A DNA stretch of 63,900 nt, filler included, from Octopus bimaculoides (lineage: Eukaryota): the NCBI RefSeq assembly GCF_001194135.2. It is 8 parts of 6 records of this genome, joined end to end, with 100 filler letters (N's around TTAATTAATTAA, not from the genome) between each part and the next. Parts side by side here need not be neighbours in the genome. Positions count along the whole stretch, not along the records: positions 1 to 25,032 come from NC_068981.1; positions 25,133 to 32,627 come from NC_068990.1; 6 more parts are not named here. One strand, written 5' to 3'. This document shows, piece after piece, positions 12,379 through 25,411 of the stretch. Numbering within the stretch: position 1 is the stretch's first letter; each line of letters starts with the position of its first letter. The position numbers were made by a program, and so were the translations under genes. The notes beneath the pieces are model-generated. The model was given only the letters and a program-made list of their open reading frames with translations. It did no database searches and was not told the origin of the DNA.

Positions 12379-13371
12379 TACAGCTGGTACAAAAGCAATG
12401 TAAAATGAAGTGACTTGCTCAGAGACACAATGTATTTGAATCTGTGGGGTTCTTTGATTGGCTCTGGGTGGATGCTCTTCTGTATGAAGGAGACTGTATC
12501 ATCGACGTATTCACATATTTTGTATACCGTGTATAAGCTTAATCTCGTTTCTTATGTAAAACGCAAAATAAAGCGTCTTGCTCAAAGATAGAACATGCCG
12601 CTTCCCAGTCCAGGAATTGAATCCACAATCTCATGATCATGAGCCGACCACTCCTAATCACTAGGGTATGTATTTCCGCAGGGTTAAACATCTACAAGCA
12701 TAACAGTAAACAAATAAAGATATGGAAGAAAAAAACATGTGTTAAAAAGATTTATGACATCATCTGTGTCCGGCTGGAATAAAATATAGTCTTGTTTACT
12801 GACTTCAGATTGCACTAGAACAGGAATTAAGATCTATTAATGTGGTTAAAATAAATAAATAAATAAATATAATTTTTCCTCTGCTAACGGAAGTACAGGT
12901 TCAGGGACTGATTTTACGTGAAAAAGGATTATTAACAAGTGAGATTAGAGATTCTGTTACCTAATCTCCGCTTTAATTTCTAAAATCTGGATGACAAAAA
13001 ATAGGCCTCAAAACTGTAAGTCATTTTTTGTTTTTCCTCTCAATGGCAACAATCAGATCACTCGGGATTGCTCAAGGTCAACACACGCGCTCACGTACGC
13101 AAACACACGCATGCGCACACACACACACACACACNNNNNNNNNNNNNNNNNNNNNNNNNNNNNNNNNNNNNNNNNNNNNNNNNNNNNNNNNNNNNNNNNN
13201 NNNNNNNNNNNNNNNNNNNNNNNNNNNNNNNNNNNNNNNNNNNNNNNNNNNNNNNNNNNNNNNNNNNNNNNNNNNNNNNNNNNNNNNNNNNNACACACAC
13301 ACACAAGCACAAAAGTATGTACAAACATATGTATTTATGTAAAACTATGCATATAAAATGTACGTTGCTGC

Positions 13372-13423
<52 letters not shown>

Positions 13424-13479
13424 ATTTACAAGCAGATATAACCTGGCCTTGCTCGGGATTAAAATGGCATAAATTTTTT

Positions 13480-13765
13480 TTGTCTTGTTTCAGTCATGTG
13501 ACTGCGGTCAGGCTGGAGCATGCCGTTGGTCGAACAAATCGACCACAGGATTTATTCTTTATAAGCTTAGTATTCATTCTATCAGTGTCTTTTGCCGAAC
13601 CCCTATGCTATGGGAACGTAAACACAGCAACATCGCTTGTCAAGCAACGATGGGGGTACAAACACAGACATACACACACAAATATACACAAATATACGAC
13701 AGTCTTCGTTCAGGTTCCGTATACGAAATCCATTCACAAGGCTTTGGTCGGCTTGAGGCTATAAT
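13480..13765 (-). mobile_element. CORE-like SINE, body and tail
   Basis: Reverse complement of the body and tail seen at 14665-15014. Confidence 0.7.
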
Positions 13766-13772
13766 ACACACA

Positions 13773-13850
<78 letters not shown>

Positions 13851-13886
13851 AACAAACACACACACACACATATATATCCATATACA

Positions 13887-14643
13887 CAGGGGTTGGACAA
13901 TATGGAGTAGGACTGCCTTTGGCAGTAATTGCGGCTTGAATTCTACGAGGTATGGGGTCGTACAAAGTTTGAATTGTTTCCAAAGGAATTTTTGTCCATT
14001 CTTCAGCTAAAACAGTCTCCACTTCTTGTAGAGGTGATGGTGGAGGATATCGACTCCTTACTTATATTTTTAAAATGCACCATAAATGTTCAATAATATT
14101 GAAATCTGGGGACTGTGGTGGCCAAATAAGATGTTCAATTTCACTAGAATGTTCCTTGTGCCATTCAGTAACAACTTTAACTGTGTGAAATAGTGCATTA
14201 TCATCCTGAAAGATTGCGTTTCCCTCCGGAAACAGTTCCGCAAATATAGGAGGAATTTGATCGGATAAAATACTTAAATAGTCTGCCATGAAGGGAAACC
14301 ATTGGGCCGGCGGATTTCCAAGGTATAGCCCTCTAGATCATCACAGATCCTCCTCCATGTTTAACAGTTGGAAAAAGGTAGTCTGGGTCAGATGTTTCTT
14401 TTGGCTGTCTCCACTCGTATAATCAGCCGGTGGTCGGAAATAAGGTAAAGGATGAATTTTAATTACCTTTTTCCGATGATATCTGAAAAGAAACAGCAAT
14501 TATAGCAAGACATATTAAGCAACACTAATAATAAATAAAAAAAACAAAACAACAAAAAGAAACAAGCTTTTGATGGTTTTATAAATATTTCAAAATTATG
14601 ATGCTATGAGGCTAGATGTTTCCATTATTTTGTCCAACCCCTG
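13887..14643 (-). mobile_element. Internally deleted Tc1-family DNA transposon with both TIRs
   Basis: TIRs CAGGGGTTGGACAA / TTGTCCAACCCCTG; transposase motifs FQDDNA..H, WPPQSPDFNIIEHLW and RIQAAITAKGSPTPY. Confidence 0.9.
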
Positions 14644-14664
14644 TATATATGTATATATATATCC

Positions 14665-15014
14665 ATAGGCGCAGGAGTGGTTGTGTGGTAAGTAGCTTGC
14701 TTACCAACCACATGGTTCCGGGTTCATTCCCACTGCGTGGCACCTTGGGCAAGTGTCTTCTGCTATAGCTTCGGGCCGACCAAAGCCTTGTGAGTGGATT
14801 TGGTAGATGGAAACTGAAAGAAGTCTGTCGTATATATGTATATATATATGTATATGTGTGTATATGTCCCCCGTAACTTAGCGGTTCGGCAAAAGAGACC
14901 GATAGAATAAGTACTAGGCTTACAAAGAATAAGTCCTGAGGTCGATTTGCTCGACTAAAGGCGGTGCTCCAGCATGGCCGCAGTCAAAATGACTGAAACA
15001 AGTAAAAGAGTAAA
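14665..15014 (+). mobile_element. CORE-like SINE, gap-free copy
   Basis: Head, body, short internal (TA/TG)n and AGTAAAAG tail are all visible. Confidence 0.9.
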
Positions 15015-16102
15015 GTGTATATCCATATATATATATACACACACACACATATATATATACGCACGTATATATATATATATATCTATGTATATATNNNNNN
15101 NNNNNNNNNNNNNNNNNNNNNNNNNNNNNNNNNNNNNNNNNNNNNNNNNNNNNNNNNNNNNNNNNNNNNNNNNNNNNNNNNNNNNNNNNNNNNNNNNNNN
15201 NNNNNNNNNNNNNNNNNNNNNNNNNNNNNNNNNNNNNNNNNNNNNNNNNNNNNNNNNNNNNNNNNNNNNNNNNNNNNNNNNNNNNNNNNNNNNNNNNNNN
15301 NNNNNNNNNNNNNNNNNNNNNNNNNNNNNNNNNNNNNNNNNNNNNNNNNNNNNNNNNNNNNNNNNNNNNNNNNNNNNNNNNNNNNNNNNNNNNNNNNNNN
15401 NNNNNNNNNNNNNNNNNNNNNNNNNNNNNNNNNNNNNNNNNNNNNNNNNNNNNNNNNNNNNNNNNNNNNNNNNNNNNNNNNNNNNNNNNNNNNNNNNNNN
15501 NNNNNNNNNNNNNNNNNNNNNNNNNNNNNNNNNNNNNNNNNNNNNNNNNNNNNNNNNNNNNNNNNNNNNNNNNNNNNNNNNNNNNNNNNTATATATATAT
15601 ATACATACAAATAATATAAATACATCCATATATACATATATACACGTACATACATACATACATACAAACATACATACAGGCAGACAGACAGGCAGACAGG
15701 CAGACAGACAGACACACAAACACATTCTCAGTTTATATCTCTGAGCGAAATATAAAACAGTAGCAGTATGGAACCGTAACATATATTTTCCAATTTAGTG
15801 TGGCGTTGCAGAGAATAGAGCCCAGTAATCAAGTCCCATCATACCATTTATTTTTTTGTGATTGATCTTTGTGGCGCTTCGATCCGCAATGTGTCTTCTT
15901 TTTTGTAAGGGGACCTCAATCGGCAGCAGTATTCGAGGTGGCGCCTAGCGAATGCGAAGAAGAGAAGGATGATGGTTTCATGATCCCTAGATTAGGAAGT
16001 TCTGAGGATCCTTGAGCATTCTGCGGGCAACATCGACTTTTTTGTTGATGTGCACACTCCAACTAAGGTTACTGTCGACAATATATATATATAAGTATAT
16101 AT

Positions 16103-16142
16103 ATATTCACCTGAATCTAAATTTTTTACGGAATATTTATAT

Positions 16143-16182
<40 letters not shown>

Positions 16183-16262
16183 TCACCTGAATCTAAATTT
16201 TTTACGGAATATTTATATAATTATATAAATATTCCGTAAAAAATTTAGATTCAGGTGAATAT
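16103..16262. repeat. Direct repeat followed by a perfect 84-bp palindrome
   Basis: 42-nt unit at 16103, repeated at 16179 and immediately inverted through 16262. Confidence 0.9.
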
Positions 16263-16505
16263 GGTACTTAAATTGAGGCACCAGAAATAAGTATGGTATT
16301 ATCCATACAGTTTCAAAATAATGTGATTAAAATCAAAATAAGCAACAAAGATATCGAAAGTTAATGCAGTACGATCGTTTTATGCGACTCCATTTAATTA
16401 AGCAATGTGAACATTACATCAAATACAAAATGCAGAGCAATCCTCAGCTGCACAAAGATATAGAAATTTAATGAAATTACATTTCAACAGGACATATTCT
16501 TATAA

Positions 16506-17641
16506 CTACATTAAAACTCTCCAAGTAGAAAGGAAGAATTTCAAAAAACCATTTTGACTTAGCCAGACCTTAGCCAGTCTCACAGTATTTGGAGATTTTG
16601 TCCAGATTATGAAGCAATCGTCGAGGTATCTCTTCCATGCCTTTTCAATATACTTCCTAAATTCAGTGCTGTATCTCTCCTCTATTTCTTTGTAGAGTTT
16701 TTGTTCTAAGTATCCCATCACCGAGTTCGCGTAAACGGGAGCAAACCTCGTTCCTATGGCCGTGCCTTTAATTTGGATGTAGTTCTTTCCATTGAAGAAG
16801 GAAGTGTTGTTTTCCAGAATAAGTCTGACTGAGTCTAATACAAATGTCACTGTGAATCTGTTGGGAATTGCTTCTCTGTGTTTATCTACCCAGTATTTAA
16901 TCGCCTTTATTCCTAAATCATGTGGGATATTGGTGTAGAGGCTTACTACATCAAAGCTCAGTAGGATTGAGTTTGTTTCAGTTGTTTTGGGAAGATGGGA
17001 CAGGAAATCGATGTCATCCCGAAAGAAGCTGGGTATATAGGTACATAGTGGTTTCAAAATAATGTCGATGAAATTGCTTAGACGATGGGTAGGGCATGCT
17101 GGGTCAGCTATAATTGGTCTAAGTTTTTAGTCTTTTGGATATAGTAATTTTATATATTCACCTCCTTGTTCTTTTACTGTTGAATATCTTCTGACTTACG
17201 TAGTTTTGGTAAGCGGTAAAAGTTGCTGGGTTTTGGTTCGAAATGGGTGATGTATTCTCTGTCATTGTCTGTGAGTGAGTTGTAGTGTTTTGAAACCAGG
17301 TAGTTGATCTTCTTCATGATGTGGTGGTCTATATTAGAGGGTATTTCAAAACAGAAGGTTGTATCATTAAGTTGGTTCTCAACCAAATCCTTGTAATATT
17401 CCACATCCATAATAAAAATTGCACCCCCTTTATCTGCTTGTTTAATTATTATTGTTTCATCGCCTTGTATGCGTTTAAGTGCAGATATCTCTGATTTGTT
17501 AATGTTAGGCCTAACCTTAGTATTGTGTTTTAGGGGAAAGTTTGATAGGATATCAATATATTGGTCAAGGTTGATATTTCTGCCTTTTTGGTGGGGTGAA
17601 ATTTGATTTATTCCTTACTAAGGATTCTTCGGTCTCATTAT

Positions 17642-17696
<55 letters not shown>

Positions 17697-17925
17697 GTGA
17701 AGAATTCCACAAGTCGCAACCTACGACAGAATTTTGGGATATCTTCCTTTAGTTCATAGTTGCTGACTGTTGGTGTAGGTGTAAATTTCAGGCCTTTTAA
17801 CAGGAGTTGGATTTCATCAGTGTCAAGATCTCTTTTGGAAAGATTAATTATTTTAGGATCTATACGACTAGTTATTTTGGGTATGTTACCTCTTGGAATT
17901 TTTCTTTCTCTGGTGTTTGTTGTCC
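16506..17925 (-). mobile_element. Penelope-like element, RT region (frameshifted, 3'-truncated)
   Basis: KGLKFTPTP, SFDVVSLYTNIPH, GTAIGTRFAPVYAN and WKRYLDDCFIIW motifs; same family as 56350-58560. Confidence 0.9.
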
Positions 17926-18699
17926 NNNNNNNNNNNNNNNNNNNNNNNNNNNNNNNNNNNNNNNNNNNNNNNNNNNNNNNNNNNNNNNNNNNNNNNNNNN
18001 NNNNNNNNNNNNNNNNNNNNNNNNNNNNNNNNNNNNNNNNNNNNNNNNNNNNNNNNNNNNNNNNNNNNNNNNNNNNNNNNNNNNNNNNNNNNNNNNNNNN
18101 NNNNNNNNNNNNNNNNNNNNNNNNNNNNNNNNNNNNNNNNNNNNNNNNNNNNNNNNNNNNNNNNNNNNNNNNNNNNNNNNNNNNNNNNNNNNNNNNNNNN
18201 NNNNNNNNNNNNNNNNNNNNNNNNNNNNNNNNNNNNNNNNNNNNNNNNNNNNNNNNNNNNNNNNNNNNNNNNNNNNNNNNNNNNNNNNNNNNNNNNNNNN
18301 NNNNNNNNNNNNNNNNNNNNNNNNNNNNNNNNNNNNNNNNNNNNNNNNNNNNNNNNNNNNNNNNNNNNNNNNNNNNNNNNNNNNNNNNNNNNNNNNNNNN
18401 NNNNNNNNNNNNNNNNNNNNNNNNNNNNNNNNNNNNNNNNNNNNNNNNNNNNNNNNNNNNNNNNNNNNNNNNNNNNNNNTATATATACCAGGGCTGAAGT
18501 CTGCTCCGGCATGTCATCAGTTATTAAGACAAAACGCTATGAAAAAAACCGTTAAATAAAGGGAGAGGAAATTGAGCATGAGCTTACAGTGAACTCAGTC
18601 AATGATCATGAAAAATGAAACAGTAATGAGTATGTTTTACCTCATGGAAAAGATAACGCTGAAGAGGAAAAGAGCGTATTTCAACGTTTAAATGATTAA

Positions 18700-19500
18700 A
18701 AAAAAAAATAGAGTTAGGGCGAGATAACAAGCTTTGAAGGAAATCGAAAGTCGAAAAATTTGAGAAGTAGTAAAGAAGTTGAATAAACTATCAGCGGAAA
18801 TCAAAATTGAAATACAACAGATGTAAATAACTTAATATGTTAGGAACACTCCGAGCAATCTCTGTTGCTGTTGAAATTCATTAAGTTAAAAAACGAAGGG
18901 CAACAAGAGAAGGTCAAAGACCCACAGAAAAAAAACATTAAGCAGGTCAAAAATGGTTATGGGAGTATGTATGCTACAACTGAAATGAGGATAGCGAAGG
19001 AAAGACATGAGGATTAGCTCAAAAAGAAGTATAAGAAGAAGAACATGAGACAGAGTTACAATATGCTGAAGAAGAGATAAGGAAAAATACGCATTAATAC
19101 AAAGACGGGTAAAAATATTAGACACCGACAAAAAGATAAATAAATCAGTATCAGTGGAACCGGGTTTAAAAAAACTATGTTGTGTATAGTAAGGAAAGAA
19201 TTTTATCTACGGCCAGAAATACTGAAGTAGTCACTGAAACAATATAAGATTTCACGAATAGAAAGGAAAACGATAAGAAAAATATCTGGAAAGAAAAGGA
19301 ACTACATTACTAATTCATGAAACAAATTATGGATGTTGGCAGTGAAGAACGATGAATGTGGCAGAGAAATGGAAACCTGAAACAAGTAAATGAATTCTTA
19401 ATTATAGCTACTTAGGAACAAACCACATGAACGAATTTGGTAAAAGCACGAATTTGATAAAGATTGATAAAAGTCACTCAGCTAATATAGAAAATGTGGA
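18700..19500 (+). mobile_element. Highly decayed LINE (RTE-like) remnant
   Basis: Purine-rich; fragments such as YGQKY..RIERKTIRKISG resemble the RTE post-RT region. Confidence 0.3.
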
Positions 19501-19798
19501 AATGGAGATAAAAGTATTAAACATTTTCTAAGCGAGTGCAGTAAGCTAGAGCAAAATGAGTATAAATTCAGGTATGAAATGTGTCAATAAAACAGTGCAC
19601 TGAGATATTGTATGTACTTCAAATCTAAAGCCTAGTCAGGTCTTTGGTTCAGAAGTAATGCAAAAGTATATCTAAGCGACAGAGGCAGTATTAGTACCGA
19701 GAGGTAATATTTATCCCTTAAACGTAGACATTCTGGCCGAACAAACTATACTGCGGTAGACAACTTGAGAGAATCTCTCGTTAATATTGCCTCTATTG

Positions 19799-19829
<31 letters not shown>

Positions 19830-19838
<9 letters not shown>

Positions 19839-20170
19839 ACACGCTCTCTGGCTAATCACGTCTGTTCTATCACTGTTTTTGTGATTTATCGCTGACGGGG
19901 AGATGATCGTGCAGCCATCCTTGACAAGACCAAAGAAGGTTGAAATCACGTGATCTGGTGTTCTCGGCGCAGGAGGTGGTGGAGAATTACCTCTCCGTTA
20001 GTAATATAAACAAGAGTGCATTTTGCACCAAATGCCAATAGAGTTTCTCTCGTGGTATCTGTCGCAGTATAGTTTGTTCTAACAAAACATCCACGTTTAA
20101 GTGGGTATAATTATTAATGAAAAAGTGGAAGAATATGTGCCAACAGATATGATGTCTATGATAATTTCAT
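19830..20170 (-). mobile_element. Decayed Tc1/mariner transposase fragment
   Basis: Minus translation PRTPDHVISTFFGL resembles the PRSPDLTPLDFFLWG motif. Confidence 0.45.
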
Positions 20171-20229
20171 AACTCCATGAGGTTTCTGCCACTAGACTGA
20201 TTATACTATTGGAGCAAAGAAACCAGATA

Positions 20230-20562
20230 GAGAACAGAAAGAACAAACGATGCAATACAATTAATTTTAATATTCCATTGGTTATTGGGTGGATATCATA
20301 GAAACTGCGAAAATTGAGAAGTATCAGTACTTAGCTAGAGAGATAAAGATATTAAAAAGGACAATGGTAAAAATGGTTCCTGCGATAATTAGTGCACTTG
20401 GCACAAAGCCCAAATTTCTATACGAGTAGCAGGAGGACACTAATGGAGACGCGTATTGTCGATCTACAGAAAAACGCCATCTTGTATTTTGCAAAACCCA
20501 TACATGTCACCAAATCTCAGGATAGCATTTTGCTAATTTGATTAGCATATAATAGCTGTTGT
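20230..20562 (+). mobile_element. R4/Dong-like LINE 3' end
   Basis: KIEKYQYLAREIKILKRTMVKMVPAIISALGT; ends at an (AAC)n tract shared with the adjacent Tx1 tail. Confidence 0.65.
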
Positions 20563-23500
20563 ACAACAACAACAACAATAATTAATTCGTTTATTGTCCA
20601 CAAGGACTTATATAAAGTTACATTAAAACACATACAACAACATAAAAGACGAAAACAGGACGATACAATGGGTTTTACAACGTGTAAACAATATATATAA
20701 CGATTAATGATTAAAAATTAAACAATTTAAAACTCCCAATAGGGAAGGCGCTTTAACGATCCCCGTGGAAAACCCCGCAAAAGCCACGGGTGCTTGAACA
20801 ACAGGACAAGAATTGGTCCTTTTACACTAGCCATTCTTCCAAAAATTCGCCCACCTTTCAACAAACTTGTTACAAGGCAACACTTCCCACTCCACTCTCA
20901 ACTTCCTTTTCAGGTTTCATTTGAAACTGGCCAAAGAGGAAAGTATGTCTTTAGCCCTTTCAAACGGGTCTACCATACTACTTCATACTACAGCCACTAG
21001 AGAAATAAAAATTGCCTGCCCTTCTTCGCCAAAAGAGGGCCGCGGGGCAATTTTCACAACGGATTCAGCTGACAGCCTGATTTGTCCCACAGGCGACAGC
21101 AGGTGTTCGACTTAAACCTACAGGTCAGCAATATTCGGGTACTGGACTAGGGATTGCAGAACGGTTTGATCGTTCTGGGCGTACCTCAGGCGTGTAAAGT
21201 ATATCTCGAACAGGTAGCGCCCCTCGGTAGCACTACCAGGCAATGGATTTCTTGAAGTTATCCATAGGCAAAGGCCCGAAAGTTCTCCGAAACAGACCGG
21301 CTTGTTGAACTTCATCGACGCCCAGCGTTACCCCGAGAACGTCGTCGCACATTCCATCAACTAGCCCTCTACAGAACTCTAAAGTGGAACTAACACTGAT
21401 CGCAGTGCCCGCTCGGCGGACGGCTGTGAGCGCTTGACGGCACTCGAGGTGTCAGGCGCCCCTTCTCGGTCTACGCCTAATCTACGATTGTTAAAGAAAC
21501 GAGCTGTGGAAAAGTGTCTCTTACAAACGGTGACCACACCTGCTGACTGCCAAAGAAACACTGGAGATACCCATGTATGCATCTGCAGTGCATATCTCCG
21601 CATCAGTAACGACGTCATGCCAAGCCCTCCATTCTGCGACTGTTGACAACAGATGGTACGCCTGGCCAGTGGAACGCGCCCCTTACACAGAAAGCGGAAG
21701 AGTAAGCGCACCAGCTTGGTCAACCAGCAAACAGGGCAAGGGACGACAGTCAAGCGCTAATAGATGACGGATTCGATGTGCGCATTCGCCACCTCCGCTC
21801 GACCTTTCAGGAACAGCTTCCTCTCGGCCCATTTCTGGGTAAGATTAGCTACACTGCTCATCACCTCGTCCAAGTTTTTCTCCACCTGACAGACCGGACC
21901 AAACCAGACTCCAAGCAACTTAATCTCCCCAATATACTGTCTGTTCAGCACTCCACCACGCTGTTCGACGGCATGGACTTGCCTCTCCAGGTGCCGAGTT
22001 GCAAGACCACTGTCTTTCCCGCGTTAATTTTTGCTCCTGTCACCGCTTCATATTCCTGTAATGTTTCGCTAATCAGGTCTATATGCCTGTGGCTCGACAC
22101 TATGATGGTGACACCATCAGCGTAAGCAGACACACTTCTCTCACATCCTAGATCACGCGGGACACCCCCTCAAAGCCTCCAACTTCCGCAGTGATGGCTC
22201 AAGAGTCAGTACAGAGAGAAGGGAGGAGAGAGGGCACCCTTGACGGACCGAACACAAAATGCTGAATGGCTCCGATAGGTGACCATTCACCCGAATAACC
22301 GAGCAGATGCCGCTGTACAAAGCAGCGATCCAACCGCAAAAAAACTGGACCGAAACCAGCTGCCTTGAGGGCAGCTGCCAAGTATTGATGGTCGACCCTA
22401 TCAAAGGCTTTAGATTGGTCTAAATTAATGAGATTCTCACCCATGCCAGCTTCTCTATGATGTAGCACATAAGATGGAGATTATCGCGAATACTCCAAAT
22501 TGGCATGGCGCAAGTTTGCGTCACGCCAACCAGTTTGTCTACGACACCGCCCCTTCCCAGCCGACACGGAGATAGAAAAATCTCATATCCAGTGAGAAAG
22601 GCGATGGGTCGGATAGTCTGGATTCACTAATGGCTGTAACGTCTACACTAAGGAACCTCAGGTCATTTAAAAGATGACCTCGTTTCCAAGGCAACCCGAG
22701 GCCCCTGGCATTTGTGCAACCTCTTCTGAGCACCACCATAGTACAATGAATGTAGGATGGAGGAGAGCTGTATTTATCACTGTTGTCTGGCAAGGGTGTC
22801 CACCTGGTCTCTTTTGTAGGTGTTTCTACGATGTTTTTATACAGTCTCTTACAGAGTGTCTTTTCGAAAAACCCAACAGTCTTTAGAAAATTAGTTTTCA
22901 ATGTGTTGTGCTTTTCCTGTTTTAGTTTTAAAATTTGTATGTGTGGTGGTGGTGCATTGTGTGTTGGGAAGACAAAGTCTTCCATTGTGTTGTCTGTGTT
23001 TTCTCTGATGTATTTAACAAGTTGTGTATTGTCGGTGTTGATGGCTGTGAGGTGGGTGGTGTTTGTACAGTCAGTTTATGTTGTGTGCTGCGTCGTTGTT
23101 TGTGGTGGTAATGCTGGTGGAGGTATTGTTGTTGCTGGTTGCTGTGTGTGCGTGTTGCTGCTGTTGGGAAGTCCCTCCTGTTTGTGCCTTCCCCTCTTTT
23201 CTTCCACAGTCTTTTTTTCTTTTCGTAGAGGGAACTGTTTGCCACTCCCGCCTCTTGACCTTACTACTCGAACAGTCCGAGTTGTTTTGGTTGAGAATGG
23301 GAATATTCTTTGGCTCTTCGCTTTGCTGGGGTTCATTTTTTGCTGCTGCTACTGTTACAGTAGCTGTTGGGTCTAGTGTACCTGCTACCGCTGGTAGTGG
23401 TATTCCGGCTGGTGGTGGTGGTGGTACTCCGACTGGTGTTGGTGGTGTACTTCGACTGATGGTGATTTTGTTGTTGCTGTTGTAGTTGGTGGTTCCGTGG

Positions 23501-24734
23501 TGACTTCTGGAGGCGGCGTCGCTGTTGCTGCTGGTGTTTGGGTTGGTTTCTGATGCTGCTGCTGCACTGGAGGTGCCTCCATTTCTGCTGTCGCTTGTAA
23601 TTTCTGACATATTTCCATGTATTCTGGGTAGTCGACCTTGAGGTGCTGATCGTTTCCCCAAAAGTAGCACCTCGGCCTCCTGACCTCCACGGCCACGTGT
23701 AGTCTGGTGCCATCTGGTAATTTTATAAAGTCATCTATTTGGTTTAGGGCCTCTTGCTCAATTTGAACGAGGAGCTCTAACCCCTGACCCGTCTAATTTT
23801 GTTGGTGCAATTTATGCACCTCCACGATTGTGGCGCTATCTTCTATATTAAAGAGGACAGCCGCCACCAGTCAACATATATTTATTTCAGGGGTCACCTC
23901 CCCAATTTCAATTTTTGTCAGGCGCCGACCTAGGTATATCGGTACGAGTAGAAATTCTTCAGTCTTTAGTTGCACTGTGGAATGCTGTTTTACTTCTTCC
24001 TCTGTTGCAAAACGCACTTCCACAGTGCCGAATCGTTTTCCACGCGTTACATAGGTCTTGTCTTTCCAAATTGGTCTAAGTAATATTTCTAGTTGCTGTT
24101 TAGTGGGTTGTTCCTCTTCTTTGTGATGTTTAGGCATTTATACGTGACCGTTTTTCTGTTCGTTTCTCTTATAATTTCTTTCGGTGTGTTTAGATGGATA
24201 TTATTTCCATCTTTCGTTATTAATTCCTTTGATCTTTTATTTCTTCTAGAGAAATATTTATTTTTTCTCTTGTTTGTTTTGTTGCTGAAGCGAAACCGCG
24301 CCCGTCGTTTTGCTTTTAACGTTGTTCGAGTTTTCTTAATTTTCTTTGTTGTTCATGGCGGTAGTAGCATTGGAAATATTTTCTTGTTTACTCGTGTTTA
24401 TGCTGTTATTGGTGATGTTGCTGGTGTTGTTACCCGTGCTTGTCAGAGGAGGGAAATCCTCGCTGTACTGGCCGACAGAACAGCTACTGCCACTCCCATC
24501 GACAGAGGAAGCCATCTTGTTCTTCGTTTGATGATAAACCAAAAGAATATTTTTAAAGGACAAAAAGTCCAAAATTCGTCCCTAAAAGGGGGAACTTTTA
24601 ACAAAAGAATCCCTTCTGCACATCAAAAGGGGTTCAGAAAACAAAATCAGTCAAACAAAACAGTGAAAAACCTTCAAAAAGCCACAATTGTAATACCAAC
24701 TTACGGAGCGCTCAAAATACTTCTTCCTTCGTTG
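20563..24734 (-). mobile_element. Tx1-clade LINE: 5' UTR, broken ORF1 (from about 24515), internally deleted ORF2, 3' UTR
   Basis: ORF1 RRM-like region plus degenerate knuckle RCYFWGNDQHLKVDY; EN start CTNARGL..AISESRL joined at about 22547 to RT (QSKAFDRVDH, VRQGCPLS, YADGVT, LGVWFG); AATAAA before the (TTG)n tail. Confidence 0.9.
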
Positions 24735-25032
24735 ACAACAACAATAATAATTGTTTCGTTTATTGGCCACAAGGGCTTACATAAAATTACATTAAAACAC
24801 ATACAATAACATAAAAGACAAAAACAGGACGATACAATGAGGTTTATACTTCGATGCCAGACTTTGACACATTCGGGTAATCTAGTCGGTACCTGTCAGG
24901 CAACTGAAAACGTGTGAGCAAGTGTTTGAGGCTTTTGCATCCCACTTTCCTATCAGATACTCCCACGCAACCGAAACGTCCATCTAAGACAGCGCTACAA
25001 TCGCCTACTAATACTAAAGTCCGAGACGTTCC
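24735..25032 (-). mobile_element. Second Tx1 copy: APE-endonuclease fragment fused to the 3'-terminal ~100 nt
   Basis: 24735-24839 repeats 20563-20670; 24840-25032 translates LVLVGDCSAVLDG..LLTRFQLPDRYRLDYP. Confidence 0.75.
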
Positions 25033-25132
25033 NNNNNNNNNNNNNNNNNNNNNNNNNNNNNNNNNNNNNNNNNNNNTTAATTAATTAANNNNNNNNNNNN
25101 NNNNNNNNNNNNNNNNNNNNNNNNNNNNNNNN
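25033..25132. other. Artificial scaffolding linker N44-TTAATTAATTAA-N44
   Basis: Identical 100-bp construct also at 32628-32727, 37773-37872, 42156-42255, 45769-45868, 59663-59762 and 61715-61814; the 12-mer has stops in all six frames. Confidence 0.97.
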
Positions 25133-25411
25133 CCACAATCGCAATTTATTTCAATTACTCTTGTGAGGATATTCACGTAAATCATTTTTTTCATTTAATC
25201 CACATTTTAATTTTCGTAAAAGTTTCCAAGTACCAATGAGGCTTTTTGGCGCATCTTCAATTTTCCAATTCATGAGAGGTGTCCAGTCATCATTCATCTG
25301 AGAGTCCATCTACAGAATGTCCTCAGATTTCTATACAGCATATTTTGCTTTTTTCCTTCCAGTATATAAGCAACAATTTCATTCCTGGGCAACGCCGGGT
25401 TGCTCTGCTAG
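25133..25411 (+). mobile_element. Helitron-like 3' terminus
   Basis: GC hairpin CCTGGGCAACGCCGGG followed 7-8 nt later by CTAG|T. Confidence 0.5.

Noticed and set aside
18505-18530. CTGATGA on the minus strand as a hammerhead core
   Set aside because: No matching stem II or GAAA is visible before the gap.
25077-25088. TTAATTAATTAA repeated seven times, as a possible regulatory or repeat-array motif
   Set aside because: It is always centred in exactly 44+44 N, so it is an assembly linker.
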